Source of the DNA: Alphaproteobacteria bacterium | GTDB taxonomy: Bacteria; Pseudomonadota; Alphaproteobacteria; UBA2966 | Length of the DNA: 64,000 nt | Assembly: GCA_964291395.2 (NCBI GenBank) | Contig: OZ219856.1 | Coordinates: 544,001 to 608,000 of the forward strand | Direction: 5' to 3' | Part shown: positions 9,351 through 19,235 of the stretch, piece by piece | Layout of the letters: each line of letters opens with the position of its first letter | How positions within the stretch are numbered: the stretch's first letter is position 1 | Program-made: the position numbers and the translations under genes | Notes under the pieces: model-generated | Seen by the model: only the letters and a program-made list of their open reading frames with translations | Databases searched by the model: none | What the model was told of the DNA's origin: nothing

Positions 9351-10331
9351 TCACAACGGCGTATTCGCGAAATCGGGCTGAAGGTCTATCCAGTCCATGT
9401 AGTCGTCGAACGATTCGTCCAGTCCATACCGGGGGACGAAGCCGGCGTCGGCTTTCAGCCGCGACATGTCCAGGATCCCGCGATCCCTCGGGTTGTTCAG
9501 CTCGATGTTCGAATCGTCCCCGATCCGGTAGGCGAACCCGGGAACGCGTCTGACCAGCCGTTCGCACCAGCTCTCCAGGGTCCAGGACTCCGGTCCGGCC
9601 GAGTTGTAGACCACGCTCTTCGGGTCGTCGGCCTCCAGGAGCGCGACCGCGGAGTCGGCGATATCCCGGCTGTATACCCAATCTCGGAGGCAGGGTCTCG
9701 GCAGCACGGCCTCCTCGCCTCGCACCGCCGCGACCGAGACCTGCAATACCGGCGACAGCGTATCGCGGACACCGGTATTCCGTTCCCACGGACCGAACAC
9801 GTAGCCGGGACGCAAACACACGAGATCAAGGCCGTGCAACGCCCGATGACGCAGGGCGATCCGCTCGCCCGCGTACTTGGTAATCGTGTAGAGCGAATCG
9901 GGAAGCGGCATCGCGCTATCCTCGTGGAGGACCTCGTGCTCGAACGAACTCTCGCCATACACGCCGGACGAGGAGAAGTGGACGATCCGCCCGACACCGG
10001 CCTCGCGGGCGGCATTCATCGCATTGACGGTACCCTTCACGTTGACGTCCACGATCAGATGAGGATCACGCTGCTCCCGCTCGAAACCCGCAGTGATCGC
10101 CGCAGCATGGATCAAGGTATCGCAACCCGACATCGCCCGGGCGACGGCTCCCAAGTCACGGACATCGCCCGTCACGACCTCCACGCGGCCGCCGAATTCC
10201 GCGAGAGCGGCATCTCCCCCCGGCGGCAGCGGTGCCGCGTCGAACGCCACGACGTCGTCGCCTCGAGCGAGCAGCGCCTCGACGACGTTCAGCCCGACGA
10301 ACCCCGTGGCTCCGGTCACGAGAACGCGCAT
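9351..10331 (-). CDS. NAD-dependent epimerase/dehydratase (extended SDR)
   Basis: MRVLVTGATGFVG, IHAAAIT, FSSSGVYG, YxxxK (YTITK), LRPGYVFGP; real start ATG 10331 inside the 1002-aa ORF. Confidence 0.88.
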   Translation of the reverse strand: MRVLVTGATGFVGLNVVEALLARGDDVVAFDAAPLPPGGDAALAEFGGRVEVVTGDVRDLGAVARAMSGCDTLIHAAAITAGFEREQRDPHLIVDVNVKGTVNAMNAAREAGVGRIVHFSSSGVYGESSFEHEVLHEDSAMPLPDSLYTITKYAGERIALRHRALHGLDLVCLRPGYVFGPWERNTGVRDTLSPVLQVSVAAVRGEEAVLPRPCLRDWVYSRDIADSAVALLEADDPKSVVYNSAGPESWTLESWCERLVRRVPGFAYRIGDDSNIELNNPRDRGILDMSRLKADAGFVPRYGLDESFDDYMDWIDLQPDFANTPL

Positions 10332-10396
10332 TGTCCGGCCCCTCTGTCCAAACGTTACGAAATCGATCTCGGGCTTTGGCCCGGGGAACGTCCGGC

Positions 10397-12088
10397 CTAC
10401 CGCTGCGCCCGGTGGGTGAACGCGTCGCGGCGGAAGCTGATCATCGCCTCGGGATCGACTTTGACGTGGACGATCACCGGGCAGTCTGCCTTCACCGCCT
10501 GGCTCATGGCGTCCGCCACGCTTCCCGGCTCCTCGCAGAAGTATCCCTCCGCGCCATAGAGCCTGGCGAACTCGTCGTATCGCGGATTGATGGTATCGCA
10601 ACCGATGTAGCGGCCCTGATAGAAGTCGCGCTGATAGGATTTCTCGGCGCCCCAGCAACCGTTGTCGAAGACGACCGTGACGGTGTTGATCTCCGACTGG
10701 ACGGCGGTCGCGAACTCCGGCAGGACCATGCCGAATCCGCCGTCCCCGTGAAGGGTGACGACGGGGCGGCCGGGCTGCCCGCACTTGGCGCCCAGGCCGC
10801 ACGGGAACCCGAAGCCGACCAGTCCGTAATCCAGGGGTGTCAGCATGCTGGGCGCGCCCTCGTACCGCAGCTTGTCCGTCGCCTGCAAACACATGGTGCC
10901 CGCGTCGAGCGTGTACAGCGCGTCTTCGGGCGCCGACCGGCGCAGCTCCGCGAACACGCGCTCCGGCCGCAGAGGCGTGAGCGTGCTCTCGCCGTCCTCC
11001 TCCCGCGCTTTCCAGAGCGCCTCGAGATCCTCGAGGAACTGCTGGGAGCGCGCCTTCCATGGGACGGAGTCCGACTCCATGTCGCTCAAGCCGTCGGCGA
11101 TGGCTCCGGCAGCGGTCCCCGCATCGCCGATGATCCCGACCTCGATCGGGAAATACTTGCCCAGCGCTGCGGGCTCGATGTCGACCTGGATGATCTTGGC
11201 GTCCTCGTTGATGTCGTTGTAGGTGTAGAACGTGGTATTGAACGCGAGACGCGTGCCGATCGCGAGGATGACGTCGGCCTCCCGCGTCGCGGCGCTGGCG
11301 ATTTCGTTGCCGCGCGGGCCGATCTGGCCGGCGAAGAACGGGTGGCTCGTGGGAACCACGTCGGGGTGCCCCGCCGACGCTGTGACCGGGATCTGCAGCC
11401 GGCTCGACAGGCGGCAGACCTGATCCGCGCCTCTGCCCCATTTCACCCCTGCGCCGGCCAGAATGGCGGGAGCCTTGGCACCGCGCAGGATTTCGCAGGC
11501 CCTGGCGACGGCGTCCGGGTTGCAGGTTCCCGCCGCCGCGCCGATCTCGAAGTCGGGCGCTCTGATGTCGGCCTCGATCTGCGCGGCGAACATGTCCCGC
11601 GGGATGTTCACGGCGACGGGGCCCCGGCGGCCCGAATTGGCGATGCGCAGGGCCTCCTCGATCGCGGCAGGCACCCGGTCGGGGCGAATCACCGTGATGT
11701 TCTTCTTGACCAGGGACGCGAAGAGATTCTGTTGATCGACCTCCTGGAACGCATCCCGGCCGAAGTGATCGGTGGCGACCAGTCCGGTGAGACAAACGAC
11801 GGGCGAGTAGGCGAGCTTGGCCGCGGCCATGCCGGCCACCATGTTGACGGACCCGGGGCCGGCTTGGCCCGCTAGGAAGACGCCGGGTCGGCCCGTGGCA
11901 CGCGCGAACCCGTCCGCCATGTGAACGCCGAAGGCTTCGTGCCGGACGCCCACGTACTTGATGTCGCGGGTGTCGTAGAGGGCGTCGTAGACCTCCATCG
12001 TCGAAGATCCGAGAAGGCCGAACACGTGTGTCACTCCCGCGGCCCGCAGTGTCTCGACGACCGCCGCTCCTCCATTCATCTGGGCCAT
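10397..12088 (-). CDS. Thiamine diphosphate-dependent enzyme, acetolactate synthase/sulfoacetaldehyde acetyltransferase (Xsc)-like
   Basis: VRHE, MADGFARATGRPGV, GPG, FQEVDQ, GDGGFGM...NGCWGAEK. Confidence 0.88.
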   Translation of the reverse strand: MAQMNGGAAVVETLRAAGVTHVFGLLGSSTMEVYDALYDTRDIKYVGVRHEAFGVHMADGFARATGRPGVFLAGQAGPGSVNMVAGMAAAKLAYSPVVCLTGLVATDHFGRDAFQEVDQQNLFASLVKKNITVIRPDRVPAAIEEALRIANSGRRGPVAVNIPRDMFAAQIEADIRAPDFEIGAAAGTCNPDAVARACEILRGAKAPAILAGAGVKWGRGADQVCRLSSRLQIPVTASAGHPDVVPTSHPFFAGQIGPRGNEIASAATREADVILAIGTRLAFNTTFYTYNDINEDAKIIQVDIEPAALGKYFPIEVGIIGDAGTAAGAIADGLSDMESDSVPWKARSQQFLEDLEALWKAREEDGESTLTPLRPERVFAELRRSAPEDALYTLDAGTMCLQATDKLRYEGAPSMLTPLDYGLVGFGFPCGLGAKCGQPGRPVVTLHGDGGFGMVLPEFATAVQSEINTVTVVFDNGCWGAEKSYQRDFYQGRYIGCDTINPRYDEFARLYGAEGYFCEEPGSVADAMSQAVKADCPVIVHVKVDPEAMISFRRDAFTHRAQR

Positions 12089-12294
12089 GTCGCTCCCCGT
12101 TCCGATGTGGATCGATTGGATGGAAACCCGCTCTCGGCACCGAGCGCGCCGCCGGGCTCACGGGCCGGAAGATACACACCCGCATGGCCGGGGAAAAGGG
12201 CTTCGCCCGGCGAACCGCCGCCGCCGTCCCCGCCCTGCTCGAACCGTCGCCGGAGTCGACGTCTTCGGGTTCCCGGAACCAGGCGCCCGCACGA

Positions 12295-12984
12295 TCAGGA
12301 TTCGGATGACCCGGCGGACACGGCTTCAAGTCCGGCATCGCTGACCACCGCTTTCGCATCGAGGAGCGGGGTGAGCTGGTCCCGAACGTGCTTCCACTGA
12401 AAGCGCATGGAATTCCGCAGCGCTTCGACGTCGTACTGTTTCAGTTCATCGGCGACCGGCGCCCAGTGTACCAGCGCGTCCAAGCTGCCCGCGAACGCCG
12501 TCTCGTCCGCTGGCACGTCCGGCCACGAAATCGCGTCCACCCGGGAGGCAAACGCCTTTTCGTCTCCGGCGAATCCCCGGCTGCGCTGCGCCGGCAGTTC
12601 TTCCACGGATATCCCCGCCCGAAAGGCCGTGAGCGCCAGTTCGTCCAGCTTTTCCGAATCGACCCGCGCCCCGCGCCCCACCGCGGCGACCGCGTACACC
12701 GCGAGGTCGGACAGGCAGGCGAGGTAGACCTCCCATTTCGCGGCGTCGACGGACGCCGCGAACACCTCGTCCTCGAACAGCGACACGTAACGGGTCCCGG
12801 CGCGCGCCTTCACGTAACCGAACAGCGTCCTCTGCGACACGTATTTGGACCGGGTCTCGACGAACGTCACCAGATCCGCCGGCGTTTGGATGGGAGGCTC
12901 GCGCCGCCAGAAGTACAGCGCGCGAAGGGCGAGCCAGACGAAGTACACGGCCTCCCTCAGGCCGTCCTTCAGATCCCTCAGCAT
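12295..12984 (-). CDS. Conserved hypothetical protein divergent from the symporter operon
   Basis: Well-formed ORF (RSKYVSQRTLFGYVKARAGTRY...NSMRFQW) with coding-like codon usage; function not recognised. Confidence 0.7.
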   Translation of the reverse strand: MLRDLKDGLREAVYFVWLALRALYFWRREPPIQTPADLVTFVETRSKYVSQRTLFGYVKARAGTRYVSLFEDEVFAASVDAAKWEVYLACLSDLAVYAVAAVGRGARVDSEKLDELALTAFRAGISVEELPAQRSRGFAGDEKAFASRVDAISWPDVPADETAFAGSLDALVHWAPVADELKQYDVEALRNSMRFQWKHVRDQLTPLLDAKAVVSDAGLEAVSAGSSES

Positions 12985-13210
12985 ATTTGTTTGCGTGCGC
13001 AAGAAAGTGAAGTAACGTAGTCGCGAGAACGATTAGGAGGGGCAGCGCATGTCTGTAGTCTGCGCGACCCGCGTAACCTTGCCATTTTCGGCAGTCGCAC
13101 GAAACGCTCAAGAAAATCGTTCCAAGTCTCGGGGGGACGCGAATAGGCGCGCCGCGCCGTATTCGGGTGTCGTGTACAGGTGAGCAAAAACTCAGTCGGG
13201 AGCTCGTATC

Positions 13211-13477
13211 ATGTCTGATGTGTCGCCCGAAGTGCGCTCGGCGCACTGGGCCAAAACCAAGAATCTAACCATCATCGTCCTCGTCATCTGGTTCATCTTC
13301 TCCTTCGGCGTTCACTGGTTCGCGGACGTATTCAACTCGGTGTCGTTCCTCGGATTCCCGCTCGGCTTCTACATGGCCGCTCAGGGATCGTTGATTGCCT
13401 TCGTCGTGCTGATCTTCTGGTTGGCCAACCGGCAGAACAAGATCGACGAGGAATTCGGCGTGGCCGAAGACGAATAG
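13211..13477 (+). CDS. DUF4212 small membrane protein (symporter accessory subunit)
   Basis: HWAKTKNL, GFPLGFYMAAQGS, NKIDEEFG; immediately upstream of the SSS gene. Confidence 0.88.
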   Translation: MSDVSPEVRSAHWAKTKNLTIIVLVIWFIFSFGVHWFADVFNSVSFLGFPLGFYMAAQGSLIAFVVLIFWLANRQNKIDEEFGVAEDE

Positions 13478-13504
13478 ACACGGCAGAGCGATTGGAGAGA
13501 AACC

Positions 13505-15316
13505 ATGAAAGGCAACTTCATCGACAATCTGCCGAAGATCTACGGTCTGTATACCGGCGGATTCATCGTCTTCATCCTGCTGATGGCGGTCTTGGAACAG
13601 ATGGGCCTCAGCGCCGAAATCATCGGCATCGTGTTCGTCGCCTTCACCGTGCTCATCTATGCGGCCATCGGCTGGCTGTCCCGGACCATGCAGGTCGACG
13701 CCTACTACGTCGCCGGCCGCCAGGTCCCGTCGGTGTTCAACGGCATGGCGACGGCGGCGGACTGGATGTCCGGCGCCTCCTTCGTTGCCATGGCCGGCGG
13801 CATCTACTTCGGCGGCCACGGCTATCTCGCGTTCGTCGTCGGATGGACGGGCGGATACGTGCTCGTGGCGTCGCTGATGGCGCCGTACCTTCGCAAGTTC
13901 GGGTGCTACACGGTGCCCGACTACATCGGCACCCGGTACGGCGGCAACACCGCCAGACTGTGCGCGGTCATCGTGCTCGTGGTGGCGTCGTTCACCTACG
14001 TGACGGCGCAGATCAACGCGACGGGTACCATCTCGGCTCGCGCGCTGCAGATCCCGTTCGAGGTCGGCGTCTGGTTCGGCCTGCTCGGTATCCTGCTGTG
14101 CTCCATGCTCGGCGGCATGCGGGCGGTCACCTGGACCCAGGTGGCGCAGTACATCGTCCTGATCATCGCGTACCTGGTGCCCGTGATCTGGATGTCCAAC
14201 AAGCAGGGCTTCGGTCTCGTCCCGCAGATCGCATACGGCGACGCCGTCGCCCGCGTCATGGAACTGGAAGTCATCCAGCAGGTCGGCGCGCTGAAACCGA
14301 CGGAGGCCTTCGCGGGTCTCCGGGCCTTGACGGTCGAGCACGTGACGGCAGGCACGGGCCTCGCGAGCTGGAAGTTCGTGACCCTCGCCTTCATGATGAT
14401 GGCCGGTACGGCGTCATTGCCGCACATCCTGATGCGCTATTTCACCACGCCCTCGGTGAGAGAGGCCCGTCAGTCCGTGGCCTGGTCGCTGCTGTTCATC
14501 TTCCTGCTGTATTTCACGGCGCCGGCTCTGGCGACCTTCACGAAGCTCCAGGTCCTCGATCCGAACCTGGCGACCGGCATCATCGGCAAGGCGTTCGCCG
14601 ATGTCGCCGCCCTTGACTGGATCCAGAAATGGAGCAACGTGGGCTTCCTGAAAATCGTCGACAGCAACGGCGACGGGATCCTGCAGATCAACGAATTCTT
14701 CATGCGCGGCGATATCGTCGTGCTGGCGACGCCGGAGATCGCCGGCCTGCCATTCGTGATCTCGGGCCTCGTGGCCGCTGGCGGCATGGCGGCCGCCATG
14801 TCGACGGCCGACGGTCTGTTGCTGGCGATCGCCAATGCCCTCTCGCACGATCTCTACTACAAGATGATCGATCCCACCGCCGACACCAGGAAACGCCTGG
14901 TGGCCGCCCGGGTATTGCTCATCGGGATCGGCGCCGCCGGAGCGCTGGTGGCCAGCCTGAAGCTGACCGGCATCCTGGGCGCCGTGGCATGGGCCTTCAA
15001 CTTCGCGGCATCCGGCCTGTTCTTCCCGCTCGTGCTGGGAATCTGGTGGAAGCGCGCGAACCGGCAGGGCGCCATCGCCGGAATGGCGCTCGGATTCCTC
15101 GCGGGGACCGCGTACCTCATCTACGTGCGCTTCCTCGGCGGGGAACCGTGGATCGGTCTCGATCACCTGAGATTCGGGATCGTCGGCATGGCGGTCAGCC
15201 TGGTGGCCATGGTGGTGGTCACGCGGATGACCGAAGAGCCCGACGAAGAGACCCAGAAAATGGTGGATGACATGCGCGTGCCCAAGGGCGCGACCGTGCT
15301 GGCGTCCGAGCAATAG
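13505..15316 (+). CDS. Sodium:solute symporter, ActP/VC_2705 subfamily (monocarboxylate/acetate permease-like)
   Basis: YYVAGR, NGMATAADWMSGASF, GTASLPHILMRYFTTPSV, AAMSTADGLL. Confidence 0.92.
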   Translation: MKGNFIDNLPKIYGLYTGGFIVFILLMAVLEQMGLSAEIIGIVFVAFTVLIYAAIGWLSRTMQVDAYYVAGRQVPSVFNGMATAADWMSGASFVAMAGGIYFGGHGYLAFVVGWTGGYVLVASLMAPYLRKFGCYTVPDYIGTRYGGNTARLCAVIVLVVASFTYVTAQINATGTISARALQIPFEVGVWFGLLGILLCSMLGGMRAVTWTQVAQYIVLIIAYLVPVIWMSNKQGFGLVPQIAYGDAVARVMELEVIQQVGALKPTEAFAGLRALTVEHVTAGTGLASWKFVTLAFMMMAGTASLPHILMRYFTTPSVREARQSVAWSLLFIFLLYFTAPALATFTKLQVLDPNLATGIIGKAFADVAALDWIQKWSNVGFLKIVDSNGDGILQINEFFMRGDIVVLATPEIAGLPFVISGLVAAGGMAAAMSTADGLLLAIANALSHDLYYKMIDPTADTRKRLVAARVLLIGIGAAGALVASLKLTGILGAVAWAFNFAASGLFFPLVLGIWWKRANRQGAIAGMALGFLAGTAYLIYVRFLGGEPWIGLDHLRFGIVGMAVSLVAMVVVTRMTEEPDEETQKMVDDMRVPKGATVLASEQ

Positions 15317-15336
15317 AACGCCGGATCATCTCGCTT

Positions 15337-15372
15337 ATCGGGGCGGAGCCTGGCTTCGCCCCGATCCTTTTT
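15337..15372 (+). terminator. Rho-independent terminator after the symporter
   Basis: ATCGGGGCGGAGC-ctg-GCTTCGCCCCGAT followed by CCTTTTT. Confidence 0.7.
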
Positions 15373-15410
15373 CCCGCTCAGGACCGCACATTCGATCATG
15401 GGCCTGATCC

Positions 15411-15758
15411 TTGCTTGAAGCTTTCCCCCTCTGGGTACTCGTCACGGACTACGTCCTCGGTGTCGTCATGTGGACGCTCATCGGCCGAACCGGGATGTCC
15501 CTGTTCCTCCCGGAGGATTCCTCGTTCTTCTTCATGCGATTCTTCGTGAAGGCGACGAACCCCTTGCTCCACCTGTTCGACCCCATAACCCCGGGGTTTC
15601 TCGTACGGGCCCTGGTGCCGCTCTATGTCGCGTGGTTCTTCTTCCTGTTCAGGTTCTATGTGATGCCGTGGCTGCTCGGATACGAGGTCATGGGGATGTT
15701 GTCCTTCCCGCTGGAGGGCGACATCGCCAAGTTCATCTACCAGTTCGGATCGCGGTAA
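15411..15758 (+). CDS. Small membrane protein (YggT-like hypothetical)
   Basis: Hydrophobic 115-aa ORF: DYVLGVVMWTLIGR...FFVKATNPLL...ITP. Confidence 0.7.
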   Translation: MLEAFPLWVLVTDYVLGVVMWTLIGRTGMSLFLPEDSSFFFMRFFVKATNPLLHLFDPITPGFLVRALVPLYVAWFFFLFRFYVMPWLLGYEVMGMLSFPLEGDIAKFIYQFGSR

Positions 15759-15792
15759 GACCGGATGTCGGGGGGTCCGACCCCACCCCGGA

Positions 15793-17925
15793 TCACCATA
15801 GGCCCTTCGGCAGCCCCACCAGATCCGGGATCCCGCGAACCTGATCGAACGCCCATCTGAGGTCCTGCTTCTGATGGCTGCTCAGCTGGGCCGGGTCGAT
15901 CCCGTTCGAAAGCTTGACGCCCGCCTCGATATCCCGGAGCTGTTGAACCAACACCAGCCCCATCAGTATCCGGTGCGCCTCGACGAGATTCGCGACCACG
16001 TGGCTCCCGACTCCGACCTGCTCCTGCACCGCCTTCAGACGTCCCGGAGTCGACCGCTCCGCCCTTCCGTATTTGAGCGCCAGAACCCGGGCGGTGGAAA
16101 AAATGGGAAGAATGCCGCCGGCCTTCAGATCCACGCGGCCGGCCGTCCGCTGCAACCGCCCGAACATGCCGACGGGAACCTGAAAATCCGCGGCGTTCAT
16201 CGACATCAAGTGGAGGAACCCGGTCGATCGCCGCGCGAGCTCCAGCCCCTCCTGCCGGACCCGGCCGCCCAGTTCAAGCGCCCCGTGCACCGGCAGGCCG
16301 TCGAAGAAAATGTCGGCGTTGAGGATATGTTCCGGCTTGGCGCCGCGAAGCCAGCCCCCGATGGTATCCCGCCAGCGGGTCGCGGACAGGCACCATTCGG
16401 CGTTCTTCGCCATCACGCCGCCGGCGCAATAGCTCACCCCGACGGCGTTCAGGATATCCGCCACGGACCCGCCCAGCTCCCTGAACCACCGGGAGGATTC
16501 GGGATCGTCCGCGGTCTCTCCGAAAACGATCGCGTTGTCCTGGTCCATGGCGAGCAGGCTCTCGCCGCGTCCGCCGGATCCGAGCACCAGCATGGCGTAC
16601 GCCGACGGGGGTTCTCCCCGGCCCCGCTCGATCATGTTCCGTTCCGCGATCTGGCAGGCGCGGCGCGTGAGTTCTCCCAGTTCCTTCGATATGACGGCCG
16701 CGATGTCCCTCGGATCCACCTCCTCGTCGGACAGTCCGCGCACCACCGTCGTCAGATCCGCCCAGACCCGTCCGAGCTCCTCGGCGTTCCGCGCCTGATC
16801 GACGCTGTCTCCCAGCGACACGGCGTCCTCCGCCCGCTGGTAGAGAAGGTCCCGCGAGCTCAGCACTCCCACCAAGGTGCCGCTTCCGTCCGTCACTCCC
16901 AGATGACGGACATTCGACGATGCCATCCTGTTCATCGCCCGGTAGAGAAGCTCGTTCCGGTCGACGGTCAGGAGCGGCCGACTCACGATGCCCGAGATCT
17001 CCAGACCGGCCAGGTCTTCCGGAGAGGCCTCGAGCGCCCGCAGAAGATCCCGTTCAGTGACGATGCCGTCTGCACGTCTGCCGTCCTCCGACCGCACGAA
17101 TACCGAACTGACGTTTTCACGCAGCATCAATCGGTTCGCCGACAACACGCGCTCGCGGGGTTCGACGACGATGGGCGGTGCGCGCATGACATCACGAACC
17201 CGGTGCCGGTAGGGGTAGCTGTCGATCCGCGCATAGGCGCTCACGGAACGGGGCACGGCGTCCTTGGCGGAAGCGACCTCATGCCAGCCGGCGCGGCTTT
17301 CCGCCTCGTGCCGGTCCGGCAGACCGAGGCAGGCCTGCTCCGCCTGGGCAAGCGTCGAGATCCCGCGGTCGCGCAGGAGGGGCGCGACGGCGACAAACAA
17401 TCGCGCGGTCAGCATTGCGTCTCGGAGGGCGTTATGACGGTTGGTCACGGGAATCCCCAACCATGCCGCGGCCGCCTCCAGGGACTCCACGTTGGGGGAG
17501 GGCACCAACAGTCGGAGCAGGTGCCGGACATCCAGGCAGCGCGGCGCGGTCCAGCGCAAACCGGAACGCCGGTGTTCGGCTTGCAGCACGCCGAGGTCGA
17601 AGCCGACGGAATACCCCACGACGAGCCCCTCGCCCGACCACGAGGTGAATGCCGACATGGCATCGCCGAACCCGGCGGCCCCGGAAACGTCCGAATCGGT
17701 AATGCCATGGATACGGCTTGCCGCTTCGGGTATCGGTATTCCCGGATCGACCAGGCAATCGAAGCTGGCGGCCTCGTCGAGGTGCCCGCCGACGATCTTG
17801 ACGGCGCCGATCTGCACGACCCGATCCCCGGAGGTATCGAAGCCCGTGGTCTCGGTATCGAGGACGGTTGCCGAAAGCGACGTCAACGGGACGCCGGACT
17901 GGCTTTCATCCCAGCGAAAGCTCAT
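15793..17925 (-). CDS. Fusion of DEDDh 3'-5' exonuclease, CBS pair and DUF294 putative nucleotidyltransferase
   Basis: LDTETTG / FDLGVL / HNALRDA exonuclease motifs; CBS repeats (GIVTERDLL, VRHLGV); GSGGRGESLLAMDQDNA NTase motif; DLKAGGILPI. Confidence 0.88.
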   Translation of the reverse strand: MSFRWDESQSGVPLTSLSATVLDTETTGFDTSGDRVVQIGAVKIVGGHLDEAASFDCLVDPGIPIPEAASRIHGITDSDVSGAAGFGDAMSAFTSWSGEGLVVGYSVGFDLGVLQAEHRRSGLRWTAPRCLDVRHLLRLLVPSPNVESLEAAAAWLGIPVTNRHNALRDAMLTARLFVAVAPLLRDRGISTLAQAEQACLGLPDRHEAESRAGWHEVASAKDAVPRSVSAYARIDSYPYRHRVRDVMRAPPIVVEPRERVLSANRLMLRENVSSVFVRSEDGRRADGIVTERDLLRALEASPEDLAGLEISGIVSRPLLTVDRNELLYRAMNRMASSNVRHLGVTDGSGTLVGVLSSRDLLYQRAEDAVSLGDSVDQARNAEELGRVWADLTTVVRGLSDEEVDPRDIAAVISKELGELTRRACQIAERNMIERGRGEPPSAYAMLVLGSGGRGESLLAMDQDNAIVFGETADDPESSRWFRELGGSVADILNAVGVSYCAGGVMAKNAEWCLSATRWRDTIGGWLRGAKPEHILNADIFFDGLPVHGALELGGRVRQEGLELARRSTGFLHLMSMNAADFQVPVGMFGRLQRTAGRVDLKAGGILPIFSTARVLALKYGRAERSTPGRLKAVQEQVGVGSHVVANLVEAHRILMGLVLVQQLRDIEAGVKLSNGIDPAQLSSHQKQDLRWAFDQVRGIPDLVGLPKGLW

Positions 17926-18153
17926 CGGAAATCCGAGCGGCAGGCCGCGGTCGATCCGAGCGGGCGCCCGTCGTCACAGACGCGGTCGACACCGTCCTCG
18001 ACCTCCTTCGGGGGCCGCATCAGCGCCATGAACGATGCCTTCGCCATCGGGGTTTCTCCCCTGCTGCCGCGGGAGCGTCCGCAGGCTTGCGGTATCATAG
18101 CCCGGCCGTGGGCCGACTCGACGATCGTGAGACTTTCGATGCGGCGGCCGGCC

Positions 18154-18741
18154 TCAGTTGTCGCGGCTTTCCCCGCCAAGCTGCCGTCTCGCCCAATCGA
18201 TGTTCTCCCGGGCATTTCGCGCATGCGGATTGACGGCCAACGCGCGCTCGAACCATTCGATCGCCTTCTGGAGATTTCCCGAGCGGATGCCGATCAGGCC
18301 GAGACCGGACAGGGCCCCGAAGTGACGCGGTTCGAGTTCTATCGTCCGTTCCGCATCGTGGGCGGACGCCTCCAGATTCCCGATGAGGTAGTAGAGCGTG
18401 GCGCGGTGGTTCCAGGCCTCCGCATACTCGGGGTCCATCGCGATGGCCTGATCGAAACTGGCCAGGGCTTTGGGAAAATCACCGCCCACCATGGCCGACC
18501 GGCCCGTCGACAGGAATTGGTCGATGCGCTCATCGCCCGATTCGTACCAGACCTCCCAGATACGTGTAACGGTCGCCTGCGCCCGGGCCGGGTCGGACGT
18601 GGTGCCCAGCACCGCGAACAGCTCGTCAAGCCTCGGATCGTCCTGGCGCGCGACCGCAGGCGGACAAAGCAGCCCCACGACCACCGCGCCGACGAGGAGG
18701 GAAGCCGATGTCCGCATTGGAGGTTTCATCCCCACGATCAT
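18154..18741 (-). CDS. Secreted tetratricopeptide repeat protein
   Basis: Signal peptide, DPRLDELF, AEAWNHRATLYY, LEPRHFGALSGLG. Confidence 0.85.
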   Translation of the reverse strand: MIVGMKPPMRTSASLLVGAVVVGLLCPPAVARQDDPRLDELFAVLGTTSDPARAQATVTRIWEVWYESGDERIDQFLSTGRSAMVGGDFPKALASFDQAIAMDPEYAEAWNHRATLYYLIGNLEASAHDAERTIELEPRHFGALSGLGLIGIRSGNLQKAIEWFERALAVNPHARNARENIDWARRQLGGESRDN

Positions 18742-19160
18742 TCCTCCACGGTGCCCGCGCTGACCGCGGCGAGGTGTTCCGGCCGTTCCGCGAACCAGGC
18801 CTCGGCCCGCGTCACGTGCTCGTCTTCATAGGATAGGGCATAAAGCACGGCTTGGTCGGGATTGGTCACTTCCTCGACACCGATCCGCTCGATCCAGGCG
18901 GTCAACACCGCGCGAAATACCTGCTCCGGATAGGTTTCCGCATCGTCGAGCGGAAGTCCCAGCGCTTCGATCGACGTCCGAAGCTCGCCGGGCGGCGCGC
19001 CGGCGATACCCCGGTAGAACGCGACCAGAGCGGCCCGGCGTTCCGGCCACAACAACGTCGCCACTTGCCGCACCAGCTCGTCGACGTACTGGCGAAATAC
19101 GGGTCCGAGACGTTCGTAGAACGCCTCCTTTCCCGCCCGCTCGGAGTCGCGTTCCTCCAT
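18738..19160 (-). CDS. Hypothetical protein
   Basis: 140-aa ORF with an ATGA overlap to the TPR gene and coding-like composition. Confidence 0.6.
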   Translation of the reverse strand: MEERDSERAGKEAFYERLGPVFRQYVDELVRQVATLLWPERRAALVAFYRGIAGAPPGELRTSIEALGLPLDDAETYPEQVFRAVLTAWIERIGVEEVTNPDQAVLYALSYEDEHVTRAEAWFAERPEHLAAVSAGTVEE

Positions 19161-19235
19161 GGGAGATTCGTGGAGAAAGATGCGGCGATTTTCAAGTGCC
19201 GAGAATCTTGGGCTCGAGCGGGGTCGGACCGCGAT

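Noticed and set aside
9351-12359. 1002-aa ORF suggesting a giant fusion protein
   Set aside because: The first ~675 codons are an Arg/Gly/Pro-rich shadow frame of the ThDP gene; only the part from ATG 10331 is a recognisable SDR. Long stop-free frames are expected at high GC.
15874-18831. 985-aa plus-strand ORF
   Set aside because: Antisense to the DUF294 fusion and TPR genes, with no motifs.
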